From: Candidatus Nomurabacteria bacterium RIFCSPLOWO2_01_FULL_39_18
Lineage (GTDB): Bacteria > Patescibacteriota > Minisyncoccia > Phycocordibacterales > UBA9973
DNA length: 59,844 nt
NCBI GenBank assembly: GCA_001787005.1
Contig: MFUV01000009.1
Span: 1,929 to 61,772, forward strand
Reading direction: 5' to 3'
Position 1 is the stretch's first letter; every line of letters starts with the position of its first letter. The translations under genes were made by a program, and so were the position numbers. The notes beneath the pieces were generated by a model, which saw only the letters and a program-made list of their open reading frames with translations, was not told where the DNA came from and made no database searches. Shown here one piece after another: positions 1-7,396 of the stretch.

Positions 1-16
1 GCTGGGTTCAGACCGT

Positions 17-362
17 TTAGAACCTCACCCCCAACCCCTCTCCTTGTCAAGGAGAGGGGGGCCGAAAGGTCGGGTGAGGTGCTGGACAGTTTGAACCCTC
101 AGAGGAATTTAAGAACTATATTGAACTTAATCTGTTATGTAACCAAGTGCATTAAATTGCACATCACGGCGGCGTATTGCAGAAATGCAGTATGGCAAGC
201 TAACTTATATCGGCGAAATCCTAATCATCAATGGTGAAGGATAATGCCGAGGGAATACTTTATTAAAATAAAGCACCCGTAGAGACTGAATGTTAGCGAT
301 CCTGAGAAAATTCTAAGGATTATGTCACAGTCCAATCCCCAAAGTAATTTGGGATGTAGATG
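17..362 (+). ncRNA. Probable ORF-less group I intron in 23S rRNA, at the equivalent of E. coli U2593/C2594
   Basis: The 5' exon ends in T and the insertion ends in G. P7-like pairing GACTG (284-288) with CAGTC (328-332) sits in GTAGAGACTGAATG / ATGTCACAGTCC contexts that resemble the group I R and S elements. Exon GGTTCAGAC (5-13) pairs with intron GTTTGAACC (~100-108). There is no ORF. Confidence 0.6.
22..80. repeat. Family-1 nested palindrome, copy A (inside the 23S intron)
   Basis: ACCTCACCCCC-AA-CCCCTCTCC-TTGTCAA-GGAGAGGGG-GGCCGAAAGGTC-GGGTGAGGT. The same architecture recurs at 5970, 6858, 7743 and 22894. Confidence 0.85.
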
Positions 363-414
363 CGTGAGACAGGTTGGTCTCCTATCTACTGCACTCGTTG
401 ATTCTTGAGAAGAT

Positions 415-445
<31 letters not shown>

Positions 446-728
446 TGACCTCTGGTGTACGAGCTGTCCTGCCAAGGGCACTGCTCGGTAGCTATGTCGG
501 GAATGGATAACCTCTGAAAGCATCTAAGAGGGAAGCCAGCTTCAAGATTAGGAATCGTTAAGAACCCTGAGAGATGATCAGGTTGATAGGCTTTAAGTGT
601 AAGGCGAGTAATCGCTTCAGCTGAGAAGTACTAATGTTTCGATTCCTGTTAAGAAATTTGGAAACCACACCCCAGTAGTAGAGCATAGCTCACTACGGGG
701 CAAGAAAAATATAAAACTTGAATATAAT

Positions 729-840
729 GTTCTGGTGCTTTGACGGCGGAGTCACATCTCTTCCCATTCCGAACAGAGCAATTAAGCCCGCTAGTGCCGA
801 TGATAGTCTTCATGGCGAAAGTAGGTAGGCGCCAGAACAA
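729..840 (+). rRNA. rrf: 5S rRNA
   Basis: Helix I is GTTCTGGTGC (730-739) paired with GCGCCAGAAC (830-839). The loop C motif CCCATTCCGAACAGAG and GCCGATGATAG...AAGTAGG are present. It lies directly downstream of the 23S gene. Confidence 0.85.
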
Positions 841-843
841 TGT

Positions 844-883
844 ATTTGAGGAAATAAAAATAGCCTCAAATAAGGTTATTTTT
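844..883 (+). terminator. Terminator-like hairpin after 5S
   Basis: ATTTGAGG (844-851) pairs with CCTCAAAT (864-871), and a T-rich tract follows. The loop is long at 12 nt. Confidence 0.4.
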
Positions 884-1123
884 ACTACCAATATTATATA
901 TTGACTTTATCCACATTTTGATTAGTATGTATTTTAACGAGCGTTTGTTATAATTATCCTAATGGGACGTCATTAATAATTGAGAATTGATTCTTAGTTT
1001 TTTTAGGAATTAGCTCTTATTAATTAATGGTGAAATTATTAAAAGAATAACATAAGAGGTCGGAAAGGTTTTTTCCTTTTGTTTTTTTGAAAATTATTGT
1101 TAGGTAAGTACAGGAAGTAAATG

Positions 1124-1209
1124 TGGGCTTAACGAGATTCGAACTCGTACAACCTAGGCAGGATAGTGGTTTTGGAGACCACCGCGTCTACCAATTCCGC
1201 CATAAGCCC
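1124..1209 (-). tRNA. 86-nt type-II-like tRNA (Leu-like body) with anticodon CCA
   Basis: Reverse complement is GGGCTTA-TG-GCGGAATTGGTAGACGC-G-GTGGT-CTCCAAA-ACCAC-(17-nt variable region)-ACGAG-TTCGAAT-CTCGT-TAAGCCC-A. The D arm GGCGGAATTGGTAGACGCG is the bacterial tRNA-Leu signature. The anticodon loop has U33, then CCA, then A37. The discriminator is A73. Confidence 0.65.
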
Positions 1210-1292
1210 CTACTTTATATTACTTCCTGTGCTCACCCAATAATAAAATATTGAGTGAACAAAGTTTTGCAACAAACTTTAGTTTGAAAAAG

Positions 1293-1321
1293 GCTACGAA
1301 ATTATTTTCGTGGCTTTTTTC
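1293..1321 (+). terminator. Intrinsic terminator
   Basis: GCTACGAAA-TTAT-TTTCGTGGC forms a 9-bp stem followed by TTTTTTCTTT. Confidence 0.6.
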
Positions 1322-1894
1322 TTTCCGCTTCGGTGGTTTGCGGATGATTCTCGGCGTACGACTTTTTCACGTACTTACCAGTAACCGAACTTCTATAGTT
1401 TTTACCCATAGAGTTTAATCGATTTTACATTTCGACAAATGGAGGATACAGGAGCGTGTCCTCACTATATACTATGCGGCCCCCTTTCAGACAGGTAAGG
1501 AAGTGTGCCTAAAAGGAAGTCGAATAATAAACATTTTATTAAATTTTATAGACAAAATAGAACTCGTCCTGAACGGTGGGATGTGGCGAGTAGACATCTC
1601 TTTCGAGACAGCTAACGCCCCATGCGGGACATTAGGTAGAAAATTTACCAAGCATCCCACTGTTCAAGACAGGTTGAACTCTGTCTACTTCTTTTACTTC
1701 GTTTTTCTACGACGAAGGTTAAACGTACTCTACATATAATTATACAGCACAGATAATATTTATAGCAAGTGGAAAACTCTTTTTTTTGTCGCAAGTTGTC
1801 CCGCCTTACAGGCGCAGTACACCTTTTGGACTTTTTCATTCACTTCGTTCTGAAAAATTCTCAAAAGCTCTTGCGCTTGGGTCCCTATCCCAAG

Positions 1895-1990
1895 CTCACC
1901 TCTTCCCATTCCGGACAGAGAAGTTAAGCCTTGTAGAGCTGATGATACTCTTCATGGGGAAAGTAAGCAGTCGCCAACACAAAGTATTTA
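1895..1990 (+). pseudogene. Partial second 5S rRNA copy (loop C to 3' end) with no helix I partner
   Basis: CACCTCTTCCCATTCCGGACAGAGAAGTTAAGCC...GCTGATGATACTCTTCATGGGGAAAGTAAGCAGTCGCCAACACAAAGTATTTA aligns with 5S positions ~753-850. The upstream sequence cannot pair with the 3' end. Confidence 0.6.
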
Positions 1991-2003
1991 ATAAATTAAT
2001 TGA

Positions 2004-2170
2004 GCCGATGATAGGCTGAATGGTGAGAAGCGTAGCTTCGCAAGGCCGGAAGCGCGAAGGCGCTGAGGCGGGGTCGCGAGCAAAGAAAGCTTTCTTTGAC
2101 TGTGACAAAGTAGGCAGCCCGCCTTGGCTCGATGTCAAATCGAGGCAGTCGCCAGCACCGAGTACTTGAT
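2004..2170 (+). repeat. Third 5S 3'-half-like copy carrying two internal insertions
   Basis: GCCGATGATAG...GACAAAGTAGGCAG...CAGTCGCCAGCACCGAGTACTTGATTT parallels GCCGATGATAG...GAAAGTAGGTAGGCGCCAGAACAATGTATTTGA of the intact 5S. Confidence 0.45.
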
Positions 2171-3118
2171 TTAAAATTCAGAGAGAATTTTCTTTAAAAT
2201 TTCTAAGGCTTTTTCCGCGACCTCTTTATGACCTTCCTTTGTTCTGGGAAGTGCTACTGTTGTGGCACGTACAGCCAAATATTTAATAACTATAGGATCA
2301 TCCGCCAGTTTTCCATATCCCTTTTTGAAAAAATCTTTTTCTTTGTTATTTTGATATAGTAGACTTTTTGCAATATCATTCCTAGGATCGCCGGCCTGTA
2401 ACCGTCCCAGGTCGATTATTCCTGTGATTTTGCCGTGATTAATAAAGATATGTTCTTTTTTTAGATCTCTATGCAGAAGGGAAGCTTGCCCGAAATTCAA
2501 AGAATTTATTTCCTTTATAATTCTGTGCAGTTTCTCTGCTTCCTCGGGCGTTATTAAATTATTTTTTACCAAAGTGTTAACTACTTCATTGTAATTATTT
2601 TCTTGTGAGTGACAATATTCTTCATAACTTTTATATTTGCCCCTCAACTTTCCATCAACTACCTCAAGTGTACCAAACCCTTCTAGCTTAATTTCGTTTA
2701 TTCTCCTTAAAATTTCTCCCCAACTTTGATAGATCTTTTCCTTTTCTGTTTCGGATAGGTTTGTTTCTTCGAGGCTTACTCCTTCCGCAGCCTCTATTAT
2801 CATAGTTGGATGCCCAATTGTCGGTGGATTTTCTTGGTATGAAATAACTTGCGGTACGGGTATACTTTCCTCTCTAAGCATTTTATATCCCAAGCTCTCA
2901 ACTTCAAATGCCACCCCTTTTTTATTTATTCTGATGAATACCATTCTTCCTTCAGTAGTTTTTGCTCTGTATACCTCGCTTTGATAACCTTTGGCAGTTT
3001 TTTCTACTGCTGTTAAGACAATTCCAAAATCACTTTTTATAGCTTCTCCCAAACGAACGGGATCCATTTCTATTACCGTCAGTTTTGGAGTTGCTGGTTT
3101 TGGGTCCATATTTTTCAT
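2171..3118 (-). CDS. Phosphotransferase of the APH/choline-kinase (protein-kinase-like) family
   Basis: 315-aa ORF with a Brenner-type catalytic loop LLHRDLKKEHIF and the downstream GIIDLGRLQAGDPRNDI motif. Confidence 0.7.
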   Translation of the reverse strand: MKNMDPKPATPKLTVIEMDPVRLGEAIKSDFGIVLTAVEKTAKGYQSEVYRAKTTEGRMVFIRINKKGVAFEVESLGYKMLREESIPVPQVISYQENPPTIGHPTMIIEAAEGVSLEETNLSETEKEKIYQSWGEILRRINEIKLEGFGTLEVVDGKLRGKYKSYEEYCHSQENNYNEVVNTLVKNNLITPEEAEKLHRIIKEINSLNFGQASLLHRDLKKEHIFINHGKITGIIDLGRLQAGDPRNDIAKSLLYQNNKEKDFFKKGYGKLADDPIVIKYLAVRATTVALPRTKEGHKEVAEKALEILKKILSEF

Positions 3119-3134
3119 TATAACTTATTTTTAA

Positions 3135-3197
3135 CGAAAGTAGGTTATTTCTGAGAGTCTCAGACTCGATGAGCAGTCGCCAGAACAATGTATTTAA
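3135..3197 (+). repeat. Fourth 5S 3'-end fragment
   Basis: CGAAAGTAGGT-(28-nt hairpin insert)-CAGTCGCCAGAACAATGTATTTAAG. The last 24 nt are nearly identical to the trailer of the intact 5S (831-853). Confidence 0.55.
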
Positions 3198-3515
3198 GAA
3201 AACTAACTTTATAAATGAAGTGCTGTCGCCGTCCCGGTGGAACGGCGACGCACTTTTACTGGCATAGTGACGTTCCGTATTTTACGCCGAGGCGGAAGGC
3301 CAAGACGAGAAATATGAGGAAGAACACTATGTAAATCGCGATAAGGATTCTTCGGAGACCCTTACAGGTTTCCGTGATCCGACCGCAAACAGCCTCGATC
3401 TGTGTCACAGGTACCTCCGTGTTTATTGTACTATATATGTTAGAATTTTTTTTGCGTTGCCTGCCCACCCTTGGAGGGCTTGCTTTTGAAATCTGATAGT
3501 GTAGGATTGCTTTAT

Positions 3516-3596
3516 CCAGAGAGGAGGGGTGCATCGTCGGGATCGAAACGTCCCCAAAAGCTGATTTTTAGGCCTAACCAGGCACCCCCCTCTTGG
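3516..3596 (+). ncRNA. Long hairpin A of an ORF-poor structured region
   Basis: CCAGAGAGGAGGGGTGC (3516-3532) pairs with GCACCCCCCTCTTGG (3582-3596), about 15 bp with two bulged A residues. An intrinsic terminator lies 30 nt downstream. Confidence 0.35.
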
Positions 3597-3625
3597 ATAC
3601 CAGATTTGTTCTTAATCGTTTCGTC

Positions 3626-3661
3626 GCCCGAGTTCGTCCATGTGATGAACCGGGCTTTTTT
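3626..3661 (+). terminator. Intrinsic terminator
   Basis: GCCCGAGTTC (3626-3635) pairs with GAACCGGGC (3647-3655), followed by TTTTTT. Confidence 0.6.
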
Positions 3662-3702
3662 CATGCTTGACTTGGGAAATTTAATAACTTACCATTAACT
3701 TG

Positions 3703-3780
3703 CCTGGAGAGGGAGGATGCATGTTGTAGTTGGGAGACGCGCCCCTGACCACAACCGATACCCCGCACCTCCTTCTCTGG
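3703..3780 (+). ncRNA. Long hairpin B, a paralogue of hairpin A
   Basis: CCTGGAGAGGGAGGATGC (3703-3720) pairs with GCACCTCCTTCTCTGG (3765-3780). It has the same purine-arm / pyrimidine-arm design and the same GC-AT apical start as hairpin A. Confidence 0.35.
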
Positions 3781-4046
3781 GTGGGGATGTTCTTTTATAT
3801 ATTTTTTGGTATTCATCGTTTTTTTTGCCCATTTCGTATTTCGCGGAGTGGGTTTTGTGTTTTTATATTGCATGTGGGAAAATGAGTGGGGGTACTCTAA
3901 AATGAGGATCACGTTCTTAACTTCCTGGATAAAGTTGTTCCAGGGATTCATCCGGGTATTGCGCATGTCCGGGTGGTGATATCGCTGGGCCTGTAGTTTG
4001 GTCTTTTCGACGAATTACAGGCGTCCAGCTTTTATTTTTATTTTCA

Positions 4047-4055
4047 TGTTACAAT
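4047..4055 (+). promoter_or_regulatory. Extended -10 promoter (TGtTACAAT), 6 nt before the ATG at 4062
   Basis: The motif and its spacing were read directly. No Shine-Dalgarno sequence lies between them. Confidence 0.5.
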
Positions 4056-4061
4056 GTTTTT

Positions 4062-4844
4062 ATGACTTGGGCGTTCAAGAGGCAAGCTTTTTATATCAGT
4101 ATTCTTATTTTGGTTGTTTTGGTGTTCGGATTTATAATAATTTATCCAAGTTTAAACCAGCCGCCAACCTGCGCAGACAACGAGCAAAATGGAGATGAAA
4201 CAGGGGTGGACTGCGGAGGCTCCTGTCTCCGGGCGTGCATAGCGCAGATGGATGAAGTTTCTGTTCTCTGGTCTCGAGCTTTTAGAGTCGTGCCGGGGCG
4301 CTATAACGCAGTCGCTTATCTTATCAATCACAACCAAGACACAGCTATCAATAAAATAAGTTACCGATTTCGCTTTGCGGATGAAAATAATGTTTATATA
4401 GGCAAGCGCGACGGCACTACTTTTATCCCCCCAGCGGGCAAATTTACCATCTTTGAGCCGGCAATAGATGTCGGGCATTCTATTCCTGTATACGCGACTT
4501 TTGAATTTACGCAGGCGCCCGAATGGATCCAAGTGTCTAAAGAAAAAGTTAACCAAATAAAAATGTTGGTTTCAAACATAACTCTCACAGACGAACAAGT
4601 AAGCCCTAGACTCTCTGCTACCATCAAGAATGATTCACTCTTTATTGTTCCAGAAGTGGATGTGGTTGCGATTTTATATGATGCTTCCGGCAACGCGCTC
4701 GCCGCCAGCCGTACTTATCTGGATGTATTAAATGGGGAAGAGAGCAGAGATTTAAATTTTACATGGCCAGAGCCCATCTCTGGAGTAGTGACCCTCAAAG
4801 AGATAATTCCGATGTACAATATTTTTTCGGCTAAGTTAAAATGA
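4062..4844 (+). CDS. Membrane-anchored secreted protein of unknown function
   Basis: 260-aa ORF with an N-terminal TM helix and the Cys-rich CADNEQNGDETGVDCGGSC segment. Its stop overlaps the next start (ATGA). Confidence 0.6.
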   Translation: MTWAFKRQAFYISILILVVLVFGFIIIYPSLNQPPTCADNEQNGDETGVDCGGSCLRACIAQMDEVSVLWSRAFRVVPGRYNAVAYLINHNQDTAINKISYRFRFADENNVYIGKRDGTTFIPPAGKFTIFEPAIDVGHSIPVYATFEFTQAPEWIQVSKEKVNQIKMLVSNITLTDEQVSPRLSATIKNDSLFIVPEVDVVAILYDASGNALAASRTYLDVLNGEESRDLNFTWPEPISGVVTLKEIIPMYNIFSAKLK

Positions 4845-5971
4845 TAGAAAAAATTTCTAACAGGATAGATTGGATGCTGGTCTTTTTCATACTTCCCATA
4901 ATTGCCGCGGGGCTTGTGACAATGAAATCATTTACGGGAGGAGAAAATATTGGCGGATTTTTCGACAAACAGATTATCTGGGTGCTGGTGGGTTTCTCTG
5001 TTTTCTTCATTTTTTCTTTTATTGATTTTCGATTTTTAAAACGTACTTCCGTAATAGTGTTTTTATTTCTTTTGATTTCCTTAATTTTGCTTACACTTTT
5101 TATTTTGGGGCGTGTTTCTCACGGCGCAACGAGTTGGTTTGACTTCGGGTACTTTTCTTTTCAACCGGTTGATATGATGAAGCTGGTGCTGGTGCTCATT
5201 TTAGCAAAGTATTTTTCCCGGCGTCACGTGGAAATCAAGGACATCAAGCACATTTTTATATCATTTTTCTATGCTCTCATTCCTCTCATTTTGGTTTTGC
5301 TTCAGCCGGATTTCGGTTCGACGATGATCATATTTTTTATTTGGCTAGGCATGGTCTTTGTTTCTGGAATTTCCAAAACGCATTTATTTTTGGTTTTTTC
5401 TTCTGGTGTGGCAATCTTCGCCATGATGTGGTTTCTAGTTTTCGCGCCTTATCAAAAAGCCCGTATTTTTAATTTCATAAATCCATTAGCCGATATTCAT
5501 GGAACAGGTTACAATGCTTTCCAGTCAACTATTGCTGTCGGCTCAGGCGAGATTCTAGGCAAGGGTCTAGGCTTCGGTACGCAGTCGAGATTGAAATTTT
5601 TACCAGAGCCCCAGTCTGATTTTATTTTTGCCGCTTTTGCCGAAGAATGGGGCCTAGTCGGTAGTGTTTTGATCCTGTTACTTTATGGTCTTGTTATTTG
5701 GAGGATTCTTTATTTTTCTGCCCTGGGAGCGTCTAATTTCGAGATACTTTTCGGCATGGGCATTGCTATTTTTTTCATGAGTCATATATTCATAAATATT
5801 GGCATGAACCTGGGGCTCTTGCCCGTGACTGGCATTCCGCTTCCTTTTATGAGCTATGGCGGCTCGCATCTTTTGGCTGAGTTTGCCGGCTTGGGTATAT
5901 TAATGAGCATGCGTAGATACGCAAGGCCCGCGCATCGCGACGATATGAAAAATGAATTTCTGGGAGCATGA
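4841..5971 (+). CDS. SEDS-family peptidoglycan polymerase (FtsW/RodA)
   Basis: 376-aa polytopic ORF with SEDS hallmarks: QPDFGS, FAEEWGLVG, GLLPVTGIPLPFMSYGGS. Confidence 0.85.
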   Translation: MIEKISNRIDWMLVFFILPIIAAGLVTMKSFTGGENIGGFFDKQIIWVLVGFSVFFIFSFIDFRFLKRTSVIVFLFLLISLILLTLFILGRVSHGATSWFDFGYFSFQPVDMMKLVLVLILAKYFSRRHVEIKDIKHIFISFFYALIPLILVLLQPDFGSTMIIFFIWLGMVFVSGISKTHLFLVFSSGVAIFAMMWFLVFAPYQKARIFNFINPLADIHGTGYNAFQSTIAVGSGEILGKGLGFGTQSRLKFLPEPQSDFIFAAFAEEWGLVGSVLILLLYGLVIWRILYFSALGASNFEILFGMGIAIFFMSHIFINIGMNLGLLPVTGIPLPFMSYGGSHLLAEFAGLGILMSMRRYARPAHRDDMKNEFLGA

Positions 5972-6025
5972 CCTCACCCCTTCGCCCCTCTCCTTGTCAA
6001 GGAGAGGGGTTGGGGGAGAGGTGAA
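5970..6025. repeat. Family-1 nested palindrome, copy B (intergenic, SEDS/folD)
   Basis: GACCTCACCCC-TTCG-CCCCTCTCC-TTGTCAA-GGAGAGGGG-TT-GGGGGAGAGGTGAA. Confidence 0.85.
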
Positions 6026-6032
6026 TTATTAT

Positions 6033-6914
6033 ATGGAAATTATTGATGGGAGGAAATTAAATAAAGAAATTTTGGGAAAAGTGAAGGCGGAGGTCGTTTC
6101 GCTTTCCTTCCAGCCGATTTTTTGCGATGTCTTGGTGGGGAGCGACCCGGCAAGTGTTCAGTATGTGGGGATGAAAGCAAAAACGGCAGAAGCGGTGGGG
6201 ATGAAATTTCACAGTGCGAATTTCCCCGCATCCATAACCACGGAGGAGCTGATAAAAGAAATAAAAATTCTGAACAAAGTAGAAAATATGTGCGGAATAA
6301 TTATTCAGCTTCCATTGCCTCCTCATATTGAAAAACAATTAGCGCTTGACGCTCTTGACGTGCATCTTGATGTGGACTGCCTGGGTACGATAGCGAGTGA
6401 AAAATTTTATCAAGGTGAAACCTTGATAAAATATCCTACTGCGCTGGCTTGTATGGCGCTTCTTGATTCAATTAATTTAGACTTAACGCAGAAAAAAATA
6501 GTTGTTTTTGGGCAGGGGATGCTGGTGGGCAAGCCTGTGACAGCCCTGCTCAAATTTAGAAATTTGTCGCCAACAATTATTACTAGCAAAACTTCCGATA
6601 AAGAAAAAATTATTAAGCAAGCAGATGTTATAATTTCAGGCATAGGGAAGGGGAAATACATTACAGGTGATATGATTAAAGAAGGAGCAGTTTTGATTGA
6701 TGCTGGAACTTCTGAATCCGGAGCCGGCATCGTGGGCGATGTTAATTTGGAGTCTGTCAAAGATGTGGCAGGATTTGTTTCTCCCGTGCCCGGCGGCGTG
6801 GGGCCCGTAACTGTGGCCATGCTTCTCAAGAATGTGTTAACCGTGGCGAAGAACAAAGACCTCACCCCAGCCCCTCTCCTTGTAAAGGAGAGGGGAAGAG
6901 AGATTTTTAAATAA
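6033..6914 (+). CDS. folD: Bifunctional methylenetetrahydrofolate dehydrogenase/cyclohydrolase
   Basis: MEIIDGRKL..., GIIIQLPLP and VPGGVGPVTVAMLLKNV are present. The start was moved to the ATG at 6033 because the upstream 27 codons only translate the palindrome. The C-terminal tail DLTPAPLLVKERGREIFK is encoded by repeat copy C. Confidence 0.85.
   Translation: MEIIDGRKLNKEILGKVKAEVVSLSFQPIFCDVLVGSDPASVQYVGMKAKTAEAVGMKFHSANFPASITTEELIKEIKILNKVENMCGIIIQLPLPPHIEKQLALDALDVHLDVDCLGTIASEKFYQGETLIKYPTALACMALLDSINLDLTQKKIVVFGQGMLVGKPVTALLKFRNLSPTIITSKTSDKEKIIKQADVIISGIGKGKYITGDMIKEGAVLIDAGTSESGAGIVGDVNLESVKDVAGFVSPVPGGVGPVTVAMLLKNVLTVAKNKDLTPAPLLVKERGREIFK
6858..6895. repeat. Family-1 palindrome, copy C (left outer arm plus inner palindrome only)
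   Basis: GACCTCACCCC-AG-CCCCTCTCC-TTGTAAA-GGAGAGGGG. The right outer arm is absent. Confidence 0.8.
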
Positions 6915-6919
6915 AAATC

Positions 6920-7384
6920 ATGACAACTGACGAACTAAAAAAGCTAGTACAAGAAATTGTTGCTGAATCATATCGTTTAAATTTAGCTCATACTTCTGAG
7001 AGAAATGCACCAGTTAATTATGCATGTGTATTCACACATAGTTCAGATAAATATGAGGAAATTATTAATGTAGCTCAACAACTTGGACCAGTAGTGCAAG
7101 ACACTACAATGGGTTTAGTATTTCATATTTCTGCACTCCCAACTGTTGCTGGAATTCTTAACCTATTAAAAATACGTCGTTCTGATACAAAACGGACGGA
7201 ACGTGGAGATGCAGATTTTACTATCACTGACTATGAAAATTTCAAGAGGACATATCTTGGAAAATCTGGTTTTAGTATAATTAAACGACCCGAGATTGAA
7301 ATGATTGAGCTTTTAGACCCATCCTTCAATGTAATTGCTTATTATTCCAATCCTCCGCTCGCTACTGTATTAAAAATCAAATAA
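6920..7384 (+). CDS. Hypothetical protein
   Basis: 154-aa ORF with no motif I recognise. It lies between palindrome copies C and D. Confidence 0.5.
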   Translation: MTTDELKKLVQEIVAESYRLNLAHTSERNAPVNYACVFTHSSDKYEEIINVAQQLGPVVQDTTMGLVFHISALPTVAGILNLLKIRRSDTKRTERGDADFTITDYENFKRTYLGKSGFSIIKRPEIEMIELLDPSFNVIAYYSNPPLATVLKIK

Positions 7385-7396
7385 TATTATATAGTT

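Noticed and set aside
649-2138. ORF-track entries 649..891, 1503..1739, 1645..1839, 1786..2019 and 1896..2138
   Set aside because: They overlap the 23S end, the 5S gene and the 5S-like repeats, or run through hairpin-rich spacer. None has any protein-like motif, so they are best explained as chance frames in RNA-coding or non-coding DNA.
1322-4060. RNase P RNA, tmRNA, SRP RNA or a group II intron in the two ORF-free intervals
   Set aside because: I searched by eye on both strands for GAGGAAAGTCCGGGC and ACAGAACCCGGCTTA (RNase P), the tRNA-like GGGG...TCCACCA ends (tmRNA), the SRP GGAAG/AGCAG domain IV motif and the group II domain V consensus. None was present. GATGAACCGGGCTTTTTT at ~3643 is better explained as a terminator.
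3256-4198. Small ORFs 3256..3534, 3471..3698, 3661..3966, 3717..3905 and 3998..4198
   Set aside because: They overlap one another on both strands in a region dominated by long hairpins. Their composition is Arg/Pro/Gly-rich and typical of translated GC-rich structure. Only 3256..3534 has a plausible TM helix, and I could not support it further.
5952-6032. N-terminal extension of folD (MNFWEHDLTPSPLSLSRRGVGGEVNYY)
   Set aside because: It is simply the translation of palindrome copy B. The conserved FolD sequence starts at the ATG at 6033, which has an SD-like GAGGTGA 8 nt upstream.
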